Below are positions 40,848-49,470 of a stretch of DNA of 64,000 nucleotides, piece by piece. This DNA comes from Candidatus Latescibacterota bacterium. GTDB taxonomy: Bacteria; Latescibacterota; UBA2968; SICM01. The stretch spans positions 4,544,001 to 4,608,000 of the forward strand of contig CBDCJO010000002.1 in assembly GCA_965217865.1 (NCBI GenBank), written 5' to 3'. Each line of letters begins with the position of its first letter. Positions within the stretch are counted from its first letter, which is position 1. Position numbers and translations under genes: made by a program. Under the pieces are notes generated by a model. That model was given only the letters and a program-made list of their open reading frames with translations, was not told the origin of the DNA and did no database searches.

Positions 40848-42024
40848 TTACCTCATTCCATCTGTGCCTGTTAATGCCGGTTTACTTGCTGGGTAGTATC
40901 CGAAGCGCCCGGCAATCTCCGCCACGTATTTTTGCCACATGGACGGCGTCCTTAGATACCAGCCATGAAGGTACGTCCCAAAATCCTGATTCTGGTTCCA
41001 TGAAACCGGTCCTTGAATATTCAGATAGCGGACAGCGTTCCACGCCTCCGGGTTGGTCTCGAAAATATCAATCAGATTGTGGGCGATCATATCGTTGGAT
41101 CTTCGGAGGTAAGGATTTTCCGATAATCCGGGAAGTCGCGCCTCAAACCACGCCCTGAATTGTGCCGCATCCATTCTCTGGCCGGGGATATTTTGTTCTG
41201 CATAGGGCAGGAGACGATTCATCATAGAATGAAGATACCATGTCGTGTTTTGGCTTGGAACATATACGTTGAGAACAGCGCCTGCCAAGATCTTCTCATG
41301 TATCTTCCTCAAAACGTACAATGAGGCCATACTTGATAGAGATTCATCAAACCATTTATTCGGTCCGCTTCGCACCTGATAATAGTTACTCATCAAGTGA
41401 CCATATTCATGGGCGAACTGAAAGACGTTTTGCTCGACATTAGTATTTTCCGTGTCTAACCAGATCACGTAAGAACCGGTTGGGGTGCGTGAGTATAGAA
41501 CTTTCGGACCCTCCGGTTCGACATGCCGAACGACTATATCAGAATCGAGAGCATAAATCAGTGGTTCTGACAAGGTTTTCTGAACACTCTTACAGACCGC
41601 TTGAACAAGTTCAACTGGTTGGCGCCATCCTCCAGGTTCGACGGTGATCGATGGCAATAACTTGGGACGAGTACGAGTGGGAGGAGATCCATCTCTATAA
41701 ACCGTTTCAATGATTGGCGCTGAAGGAGTAACAAGAACCGTTGTGTCTCTTACTACAAAGGTATCCAGAACCACATTATCGACGAACGTTGTATCTCTTA
41801 CCAGAAGGGTATCCAGAACCACACGATCGACGATCGTTGTATCTCTTACTACAACGGTATCAACTTCAACGGATTCAGGGTCGAAGATCTCCCCGCCCGA
41901 CTTTCCGAAATTGGAAGAAAATATGAAGAAGTCTTCAAGGTTTACCTCGCCGTTACCGTCCAGATCGCCGATCAGCCTTTCCTGAGCCGTTGCGGCCGCA
42001 AGCCATGTAACTACAAAAAAAACA
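40848..42024 (-). pseudogene. Passenger gene of element A: secreted dockerin-like, repeat-containing HEXXH protein, cut after about codon 11 by element B (5' piece at 49242-49275)
   Basis: Joining 49275-49250 to 42024 gives in-frame MRKVLIIVSVFFVVTWLAAATAQ-ERLIGDLDGNGEVNLEDFFIFSSNFGK...FAHEYGH; AAGGAGGT RBS upstream of ATG 49275. Confidence 0.85.
41740..41864. repeat. Coding tandem repeat, about 2.6 x 48 bp (VVLDTxxVRDTTxVDx)
   Basis: GTTGTRTCTCTTAC...GGTATC unit repeated with 48-bp period. Confidence 0.85.
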
Positions 42025-42053
42025 GGGATTGCGTAGTTCGGGGCTTATAGGGC

Positions 42054-43670
42054 TTAAGCATTTAAGCGAAGCTCGGGCTGTTTCATGCCTCTTCCCACCA
42101 CGGCCGGAGTATCGAATTTCTTTCCCTCAAGAATTTCGTGGACGTTCAGCATCTGAAGGCGGGGATAGGCTGCGCTACCGATTTTCACGTCTCCCGCTCT
42201 GGCCATGAGGCGGTGAAAGTTGCGGGTTTTTGTCTCCCCCAAGGGATCCATGATAATCAACCCGGCCATCATTGCAAGGTCGTTGTCCAGGACCCCGCAT
42301 AAGGCGCGGAGGTCCCGAATCGATACGTTTTGTCCGCCCTTTACCTCAATGGCCATGTTATGCAAATCTCGTTTTCCTGGGCAATCGAAATACAATCGCC
42401 CATCGATCCCGCCGTCCGCCGTCCGCTTCGTGGTTACAAAACCATCTACTTCCTCAGTGGCCCATTTTTGAAAATGATAAGTGTCCCGTTCCCACAGGTC
42501 TTTCGCCCCTTCGGTGTTACGGGGCACACCTTCGATTTTGTAGTCTTGACCTTCGACCAGGCCCAGCTTGTCACGCAGCCTAAAAGCTGCTACGCGCTTG
42601 ATGGCATGTATGGCTATGTCAATACCTATCCACCGGCGTTTGAGTCTGTGGGCCGCTTCCAGCGTTGTAGCGCACCCACAAAAGGGATCGAATACGACAT
42701 CTCCATCAATGGAGCTGGCCTTGATGATGCGTTCAAGGAGTGCGAGCGGTTTCTGTGTGGCGTAGCCCATCCGTTCGGAAGACGTATTGGGAATTCTCCG
42801 TATATCGGTCCATATGTTTTGCAGTTGCTTGCCAGGTGCTTCATCCATATAGACCTTTAAGCCGTCCATGCGTGGCGTTCCGTCTCGCTTGGTCTGTATA
42901 CGTCCTTCTTCCCACCAAGATTCAAGTTGTTCGCGTCGATAACCCCAACAGCGCGTATTGCCGGGCCTTGTTCCTCGCCATTCAAATCTATCACGACCGG
43001 AAGTCGGCGCAGTCAAGTCGTCAAGTCTATATTTTCGTCCAGTGCTGTCAACATGTCGAAATCGGCCCAATTGCGCCTCTCCATAAGGCTGATATTGTGG
43101 ATTCCAGGTTGTAGTCCGGGAGTTTGAGTAGTACAATATGATGTCCGCAACATTACCGTATTTCCTGGCGTTGTTATGGCTTTCGGTCCTTTGCCAAGTG
43201 ATTTCATTTCTGAAATTCTGATGTCTGAAAATACCGTCCATCATGACTTTGATGTAGTGGGATGCGGTCGGATCACAATGCAGGTAAATCGAACCTGTTG
43301 GCTTCAGGATGCTTTTCATGTGGAGTAGGCGTTCAACCATATACGAGAGGTAGGCCAGCAAGCGGGGTTGTGTTTCTCTCAAGGCTTTCATCCACAGGTG
43401 CCAGAAAGCAGCTATGCTGTCATCAACACCGGATTCCCGCATTAATACAGGCATGGTTCTGATCGCTCGTTCACGCTCTTCATCCAGCGTCCATAGATCA
43501 CAGAAGGCATCAATCTGGTCCGGCAATGGTCGGCCCGTCCCATCCTTATAGATCGCATTGTAAGCCCGGTTGGAGTTGAATGGGGGATCGAGATAAATCA
43601 GGTCTACGCTGTCTTTCTTCATATATTCCTGCATGACCGTCAGGCAGTCGCCGTAATAGAGTTTGTTCAC
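42054..43670 (-). CDS. Beta-class N6-A/N4-C DNA methyltransferase fused to C-terminal Mrr-like PD-(D/E)xK endonuclease domain (cargo of B)
   Basis: LIYLDPPF near N-terminus, FDPFCGCATT near C-terminus, then DGGIDG...IEVKGG; GTG 43670 overlaps the transposase TGA. Confidence 0.88.
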   Translation of the reverse strand: MNKLYYGDCLTVMQEYMKKDSVDLIYLDPPFNSNRAYNAIYKDGTGRPLPDQIDAFCDLWTLDEERERAIRTMPVLMRESGVDDSIAAFWHLWMKALRETQPRLLAYLSYMVERLLHMKSILKPTGSIYLHCDPTASHYIKVMMDGIFRHQNFRNEITWQRTESHNNARKYGNVADIILYYSNSRTTTWNPQYQPYGEAQLGRFRHVDSTGRKYRLDDLTAPTSGRDRFEWRGTRPGNTRCWGYRREQLESWWEEGRIQTKRDGTPRMDGLKVYMDEAPGKQLQNIWTDIRRIPNTSSERMGYATQKPLALLERIIKASSIDGDVVFDPFCGCATTLEAAHRLKRRWIGIDIAIHAIKRVAAFRLRDKLGLVEGQDYKIEGVPRNTEGAKDLWERDTYHFQKWATEEVDGFVTTKRTADGGIDGRLYFDCPGKRDLHNMAIEVKGGQNVSIRDLRALCGVLDNDLAMMAGLIIMDPLGETKTRNFHRLMARAGDVKIGSAAYPRLQMLNVHEILEGKKFDTPAVVGRGMKQPELRLNA

Positions 43671-43904
43671 GCAAAGCACCCCCGAATGAAGGCGCCGAAC
43701 GTGTTGTCGTTCTTTCTGTTGTTGTACTTGTAGCAGGTTTCGGCAACAAAGAGGGGCATGAACTTCCTGGTATAGTGGTGATGCGAACCATACCAGGCAC
43801 GCTTGAGCAAAGACCAGACTCCTTCAATCGTGTTGGTGTGGATGGAGCCATTGACATAGGTTTCCGAGTGCTTGACAACCGAATGCCTGAATGTCTTTTG
43901 AATT
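43667..43904 (-). pseudogene. 3' fragment of element B IS1595 transposase
   Basis: FRHSVVKHSETYVNGSIHTNTIEGVWSLLKRAWYGSHHH...GCFA*; in frame with the 48507 side after removing element C. Confidence 0.9.
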
Positions 43905-43952
43905 GGTGATTATGCACTTGACTAAGGTTGGCAGGTTTGGTAAATTGATGGG

Positions 43953-44471
43953 ATGGAATGGAAAAGTGTTTTTCGGAACCCGCTTTGCGCCTTGTCGGTG
44001 CTGGCTATGTTCGCAGGTTTACTGGTCGATTTTCAGGGGGCGGCGTCTAAAATGGCACGAGCTATTCCCCTAATAGAAGCCTTACTGCCATTGATAGCCC
44101 TTGGGGGGGTTACGTTCTTTGGGTTGTGGTCAATATGGGCGGTTCCATCATTCTTCTGGGCGCGTCGCCCTGCTGCCAAGTTTGGAACAAATTACTATTT
44201 CATAGTGAAATGCCGCAATGCCGTTGAAGGTCGCATTATCGGCATATTGGACAACAATTCTCACTTGTATGCCGGAATGACGGAACTTTCCAATACGTTG
44301 AGTCGATTCCGAATCCAATGTCCCAATATAAATCCTGACGATAAATATTACGCAGTAGTATGGTTCAACTTTCTTGCACAATTAGCGCCATTGGCACGGC
44401 ACGATGATTTGTACAATGCACGCAAACTTGGATTACGGGGAAATGAATCACATGACCGAACCCAACTTTAA
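43953..44471 (+). CDS. Hypothetical membrane protein (cargo of C)
   Basis: 172 aa, two hydrophobic N-terminal segments; downstream of TIR promoter; overlaps the methyltransferase start. Confidence 0.6.
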   Translation: MEWKSVFRNPLCALSVLAMFAGLLVDFQGAASKMARAIPLIEALLPLIALGGVTFFGLWSIWAVPSFFWARRPAAKFGTNYYFIVKCRNAVEGRIIGILDNNSHLYAGMTELSNTLSRFRIQCPNINPDDKYYAVVWFNFLAQLAPLARHDDLYNARKLGLRGNESHDRTQL

Positions 44472-45621
44472 GAACCGCACGATATGGACGGGCGACAACC
44501 TGGACATCATGCGTGGCATGAACTCCGAAAGCGTTGATCTGATCTACCTTGATCCGCCCTTCAACTCCAATCGCACCTACTCCGCGCCCGTAGGAAGCAA
44601 GGCGGCGGGGGCTGCCTTCAAGGATTCATGGTCGTTATCCGATTTGGATGTTGCCTGGATGGGGATCATTGCCGACAAACATCCGGGCATGTATAAGGTT
44701 CTGGAAGCGTCTGGCGTCGCTCACGGAAAAGGGATGCAATCCTATCTTTGCATGATGGGTGTCCGAATCCTTGAAATGCATCGTCTCTTGAAGCCTGCGG
44801 GGAGCATCTATCTTCATTGCGATCCCACGGCCAGTCACTACCTCAAGCTGCTTATGGACGCGGTATTCGGGCAGGAAAATTTTCGGAGTGAGATCACGTG
44901 GCGCCGTACCAATGCGAAAGGATTGGCGTTCAAGAGCTACCCGAACAACGCTGACTTTCTGTTGTACTACAGCAAAGCCGAATCTTTTACGTGGAATCGT
45001 CCATTTCGCTCCCATGATCCGACCTATTTAAAAAAATTTTACCGACATGTTGATCCAAAAACCGGACGGCGCTATCTACTCGACAATCTGGCGAACCCGA
45101 ACTCGGATCGCCCTAATTTGACATACGAGTTTCTCGGAGTAACCAGAGTTTGGCGTTGGACACGAAAACGAATGCAGAAAGCCTACGAACAGGGTCTCGT
45201 TGTGCAGCAACGTCCGGGTGCAGTTCCAAGACTCAAAAGGTATTTGGATGAGATGAAAGGCGCCCCGGTTGATACGATTTGGGACGATGTAAAGCCAGTA
45301 CAGGCTCAATCCGGGGAGCGCATCGGCTATCCCACCCAGAAGCCCCTTGTCCTCCTGAACAGGATCATCCAGGCAAGCAGCGACATCAACGATATGGTCA
45401 TGGACCCATTCTGCGGATGCGCAACGACCTGCGTGTCGGCGGACAAGCTGAACCGCCAATGGGTCGGAATAGACATCTCGCATAAAGCTTCCGAGCTTGT
45501 CAACATGAGACTTCAATCGGAATTGGGAGACCTTTATCATTCCCGCCTGGTTGCGGTCCGAACCGACGTTGTATCTATTCTGAGATAACAAGAGAAAAGC
45601 AGATAAAGGTCCAAGCAAGAT

Positions 45622-46653
45622 TCAGGCAGCCTTGTGGATGGTCTGGGATGTTCTTTGCCGATTGATTTCTATGCGGCGCTGCCGAGCCTCCTCCTTTCGA
45701 CCTTGTCGGTGGTGAAGAATCTTTTGATGCTGGCCTTTATGCCTCTGAAGAGGCGTGACATACTGTATTGCCCCGTGATAGCGTTCGGCGTTGTAGCTGT
45801 GAATGAAGGAATCAATCAGGCCTTCCAGTTGATGGAATGTGAAGATGTCCTGGAAGCGCAGCCAGTCGTATTTGAATGTCCGGAAAAAGGCTTCGATCCA
45901 GGCGTTGTCCGTGGGTGTTTGATATCGGGCAAACAGCTGCGAGATGCCCAGGTCCTTGAAGAATTGGGCCATCGATTTGGCCTTCATCTGAGATCCGTGA
46001 TCTGAGAGGGCTGTCAAGCTTATGGGCCCAGTGTCCAGGTCCAGCAGTCCTTCGTTGGCAAGGGCTTGATCCCAGGCCTGTTTGACCTGCTCCACGGTCG
46101 CGTTGAAGGAGAGCTTCCATCCTACGATCTTCCTGGAATACACGTCGAGAATGGCGGTAAAATACAGGAACAAACCGAAAAATGGGATGTAGGTCAGGTC
46201 CCAGCTCCAGACCTGATTAGGACCTTCAGGTTTGACCTGGGGCTTGCTCTGCTTGACCGGCGTCCTCACCTGTTTCCTGCGTGCCAGACGTTCTTTCCTG
46301 GCCTGTCGGTAGAAGCTGGAGGCCGAGGCCTGCACTACCCCCTTCTCTGAGGCTACCACCGCCAGCTGATGGGGAGGCAGATCGGCATAGGTCTCATCCC
46401 TTAAGAGGGCCGGGATTTGCTCTTTCTCCTCCCTCAGCAATCCGTGTGGGGCCTCATCAGGGGCGGGCCCGGGCTTCCCATCCAAAAGCGGGTCCGACAC
46501 CCCATCCAGCTTCTCTTCTCGATCTCGCCGGCTCCAGGCACAATACCGCTGGAGGGGAAGCTGTAGGATCTCGCAAGAACGGGTGAGTTTCACCCCTTTC
46601 TCCTTGGCCCGATGGACCATTAAGAGGATCTCGCGTTTGACCTCAGCTTGCAC
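45622..46653 (-). CDS. IS3-family transposase OrfB (rve integrase core)
   Basis: PNQVWSWDLTY, DVYSRKIVGW, SDHGSQ, DNAWIEAFFRTFK, YNAERYH. Confidence 0.92.
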   Translation of the reverse strand: MQAEVKREILLMVHRAKEKGVKLTRSCEILQLPLQRYCAWSRRDREEKLDGVSDPLLDGKPGPAPDEAPHGLLREEKEQIPALLRDETYADLPPHQLAVVASEKGVVQASASSFYRQARKERLARRKQVRTPVKQSKPQVKPEGPNQVWSWDLTYIPFFGLFLYFTAILDVYSRKIVGWKLSFNATVEQVKQAWDQALANEGLLDLDTGPISLTALSDHGSQMKAKSMAQFFKDLGISQLFARYQTPTDNAWIEAFFRTFKYDWLRFQDIFTFHQLEGLIDSFIHSYNAERYHGAIQYVTPLQRHKGQHQKILHHRQGRKEEARQRRIEINRQRTSQTIHKAA

Positions 46654-46676
46654 CCGGTGGCCCTTGATCGGGCCTG

Positions 46677-47012
46677 TCAGATCCCATTCACACTTTTTTT
46701 TAGCAGGGAAAGTTCCACAGATTGCTCAATGATCGTTTGCTCCAGGCGTGCCCGCTCTTTGCGCAGCTGCTCCACCTCCTCAGCCGATACCATCGGCTTG
46801 CGGCTCCGGCGACCCTTGAACTCCTTGAGGGCCCCGGACTTGACCGACTCACGAATACGCTTTAGATCCGAGGAATGAATGCCCCATTTCCGCAGCACCT
46901 GTGCAATGGGAACATCTCCCCGGCTGGCTTCAAGGAAAATCTCATACTTCTGTTCCGGGGACAAGCTCCTGCGCTTCTTGACCGGGTCACTGTTTGAGGA
47001 CAGTTGCTCCAT
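46677..47012 (-). CDS. IS3-family transposase OrfA (HTH)
   Basis: SPEQKYEIFLE...QVLRKWGI, coiled coil; A8G slippery site at 46701-46693 fuses to orfB by -1 frameshift. Confidence 0.85.
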   Translation of the reverse strand: MEQLSSNSDPVKKRRSLSPEQKYEIFLEASRGDVPIAQVLRKWGIHSSDLKRIRESVKSGALKEFKGRRSRKPMVSAEEVEQLRKERARLEQTIIEQSVELSLLKKSVNGI

Positions 47013-47399
47013 CTTTACTCCTCCTGTGAGGTCAGGGATATCCCAAAATATGTATCCCTTCTCAACCCTACAGGCAACCAGGATCTTGCTTCGACCTTGC
47101 CCCCGTTTTTTCGGGCGATCTCAGACAAAAGATAACGTTCCAAAGCGCACTGACTTGGGCGAACTTCCCGATTACCGAACGTACAAGCATATCCTGTTCG
47201 GCAAGCAGGAAGGAGTATGCGGTGGTTGTCGTTCAACGTTCCAGTTCAGGAACTTCACGGTGGATCATATCGTACCCAAAATCAAAGGAGGAACCAACCA
47301 CCAAGACAACCTGCAACTGCTCTGCGGAGCCTGTAACAGCTTGAAAGGTGATAGGCCGCAAGCCTATCTGGTGGCGAGATTGAAAGGCTTGGCCACACC

Positions 47400-48293
47400 T
47401 TAGGCCGCCGTCAGGTTCCGGTACGTGATGTTGTCCGTGTTCATGATCCGGCGAAGCGTATCGTGGAACAGGCGAGGATTGTTACGATTGTTGAACCTCC
47501 ATTCAAGCTCTTCAAGATAACGGTCCATATGCTTAGTGCTCATCTTGTGAAACGTCCCTACGATGGAACGCTTGAACAGGGACCAGACGCCCTCGACGCT
47601 GTTGGTGTGCACGTCGCCGACAACCCATTGCTCTTCGGAATGCCTGACGGTTTCATGACGGGTGTCATGGTCCTCGACTCCGAGATAGGATTTCAACTCG
47701 TCCGTGTAAATGGCTTCCGCTTCGTCCTTGACGGTTCGCCGGATAAAGTCATGAAGCGTCTGGCGTCTGACGTTGGAGATGCGCTCGATTCGGATGTTTC
47801 CGCCCCTCTGGACGGCCCCTGCGATCCAGGTTTTGTTTCCCTTGTAGGCGCGCCCCTTGTTCTTTGTCCTGCCTCCTACAAGCGTTTCGTCCACTTCCAC
47901 GACGCCGAGCAGCGTCGGCCCCTCAAACGGATCGTTGCCCATAGCCTTCCGGATTCTGTGGCAGAGATACCAGGCCGACCGGTAGGCGACGCCGAGCGTT
48001 CGTTGAAGTTGAAGCGCGGAGATGCCTTTTTTGGATTCGCACATCAGGTAGATCGCCAGGAACCATTTGCGAAGCGGCAGATGAGAATCATGCATGATGG
48101 TCCCGGACATAACGCTGAACTGGTACTCGCATGACCGGCATTCCCACAGGTTGTAATCGTGAAGCTCGTTTACCCCCGTGTCTCCGCAGCGCGTGCAACA
48201 TACGCCGTTCGGCCAGCGGATGCGCTCAAGGGCTTCCCTGCACTTCCCGTCATTGCCGAACCGGTCAATCAAGGAGATAATATTGACGTCCAT
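47400..48293 (-). CDS. IS1595 family transposase (element C), intact
   Basis: RWPNGVCCTRC...CRSC, EVDETLVGG, YTDE, HTNSVEGVWSLFKR, WRFNNR. Confidence 0.95.
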   Translation of the reverse strand: MDVNIISLIDRFGNDGKCREALERIRWPNGVCCTRCGDTGVNELHDYNLWECRSCEYQFSVMSGTIMHDSHLPLRKWFLAIYLMCESKKGISALQLQRTLGVAYRSAWYLCHRIRKAMGNDPFEGPTLLGVVEVDETLVGGRTKNKGRAYKGNKTWIAGAVQRGGNIRIERISNVRRQTLHDFIRRTVKDEAEAIYTDELKSYLGVEDHDTRHETVRHSEEQWVVGDVHTNSVEGVWSLFKRSIVGTFHKMSTKHMDRYLEELEWRFNNRNNPRLFHDTLRRIMNTDNITYRNLTAA

Positions 48294-48444
48294 GGATCAC
48301 ACTCCTAAGAAGAAGAAGAAATTGCCTAAGGATTTCGCCGAGCGGACCGACCACGAGCTCATGGAGCTGCTTTTCGGAAAACAGGTCATGAAAGCCGTTG
48401 ACAAGATCGTCGATGACCGGTCACAAGACTTTGACAGTAAGTAA
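48292..48444 (+). CDS. Small 50-aa ORF divergent from transposase C
   Basis: MDHTPKKKKKLPKDFAERTDHELMELLFGKQVMKAVDKIVDD...; ATG interlocks with the transposase ATG (CCATGG). Confidence 0.35.
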   Translation: MDHTPKKKKKLPKDFAERTDHELMELLFGKQVMKAVDKIVDDRSQDFDSK

Positions 48445-48506
48445 GTAACGTCGTCCATAGACTTAATATAACAATATTCTTATCCTTAGTCAAGTGCATA
48501 ATAACC

Positions 48507-49144
48507 TTTGAATTGCGTTGTAGGATTTGAATTCATCTGTCACCAGCAAGGAGCCGTCGGGCTTGACGGTCTTTTTGATGAACGCCATGACGCCTTTGCC
48601 CGAAAGGTCGTCTGTGACCCGGGCAACAACGTTTCCACCACGTTCAACGGCGCCTATAACCGGCGTTTTCTTTGTTCCTCTGCCTCTCGGGCGGGGGGGG
48701 GGTAGATGATCTCTTTCTGCCACCGACGTAGGTCTCGTCCGCTTCAACAATACCTTGCAGCAACAGAAAACCCTCTTTGCGTGCCATTTCCGCCCGTATG
48801 CGTTGTTGCATATACCAGGCCGACTTGTGATTCATTCCAAGGTCACGGCCCAACTGGTGGCTCGACAGGCTCTTCTTGGCGTGCATGACAAGTCCGATGG
48901 CAAAGAACCAGTCCTGCAACTGAAGCTTGGTGTTCTGGAAAATCGTGCCGGAAAGCACATTAAAACTGGCCTTGCATGAATGGCAGTTCCAACGTCCGAT
49001 TCTGTTGCCATCGGCTTTGCGGGCCACGTGGCCAACAACACCGCAGAGCGGGCAGTAAGGCTCATCACCAAAACGGACCTTTTCGAGATGCCTGATGCAC
49101 GATTCTTGATTGGGGAACCGCGCGAAGATTTGATGAATGGTCAT
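48507..49144 (-). pseudogene. 5' part of element B IS1595 transposase; additional frameshift in G10 run 48693-48702
   Basis: MTIHQIFARFPNQESC...CPLC...EADETYVGG, then RGRGTKKTPVIGAVERGG...TDEFKSYNAIQ in another frame. Confidence 0.9.
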
Positions 49145-49289
49145 TGCAACAACTCCTTTGTGGGGCTTGATGTTTGGTTGCCGAATGCTTATAATATAAG
49201 CAATCCAACCCCGATTGTCAAGCCCCAATCTACGCAATCCCAAAAAACAGATACTATAATTAAAACTTTCCGCATTTATCCCACCTCCT

Positions 49290-49470
49290 TGATGAGTAGT
49301 TTTGGCACCTGCCAAAAGAAGGTGCCGGGTAGAACCACCAATCACGCAGAGAGATGATGCGGGAAGGGTCCTGCTTATTCGCCGAACCGGGTTGCAAGGC
49401 CGGCTCTGGTGTTGTTGGCTATTATATTCGGCAGGCTACCCGACATGCGGGACTGCCTGATTGGTGGTAC
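49290..49470 (-). promoter_or_regulatory. Structured 5' leader of the element A passenger gene
   Basis: 16-bp long-range stem 49334-49349 / 49453-49468 (1 mismatch) enclosing further stems; lies between the TIR promoter and the RBS. Confidence 0.5.

Larger units (their letters stand above)
45570..47134 (-). mobile_element. IS3-family insertion sequence, 1565 bp (innermost)
   Basis: Imperfect TIRs sharing a TCTGAGAT core; 4-bp TSD ACGT at 45566-45569 and 47135-47138; orfA plus orfB. Confidence 0.85.
44452..47403 (+). pseudogene. Beta-class DNA methyltransferase-HNH endonuclease fusion (cargo of C), interrupted by IS3-family element
   Basis: LIYLDPPF, MDPFCGCATT; removing 45570-47138 gives in-frame RTDVPKRTDLG...CGGC...VDHIVP...GGTN...NLQLLCGACNSLKG. 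Confidence 0.88.
43905..48506 (-). mobile_element. IS1595-family transporter element C (nested in the transposase of B)
   Basis: 23-bp TIRs GGT(G/T)ATTATGCACTTGACTAAGG (43905-43927 / 48484-48506); TSD TTTGAATT at 43897-43904 and 48507-48514. Confidence 0.93.
42025..49241 (-). mobile_element. IS1595-family transporter element B (nested in A)
   Basis: 22-bp TIRs GGGATTGCGTAG(T/A)T(C/T)GGGGCTT (42025-42046 / 49220-49241); TSD AAAAAACA at 42017-42024 and 49242-49249. Confidence 0.92.

Noticed and set aside
41740-41864. Regularly spaced repeats resembling a mini CRISPR array
   Set aside because: The period is 48 bp (16 codons), the intervening parts are also similar, it is in frame within a protein, and no cas genes are present
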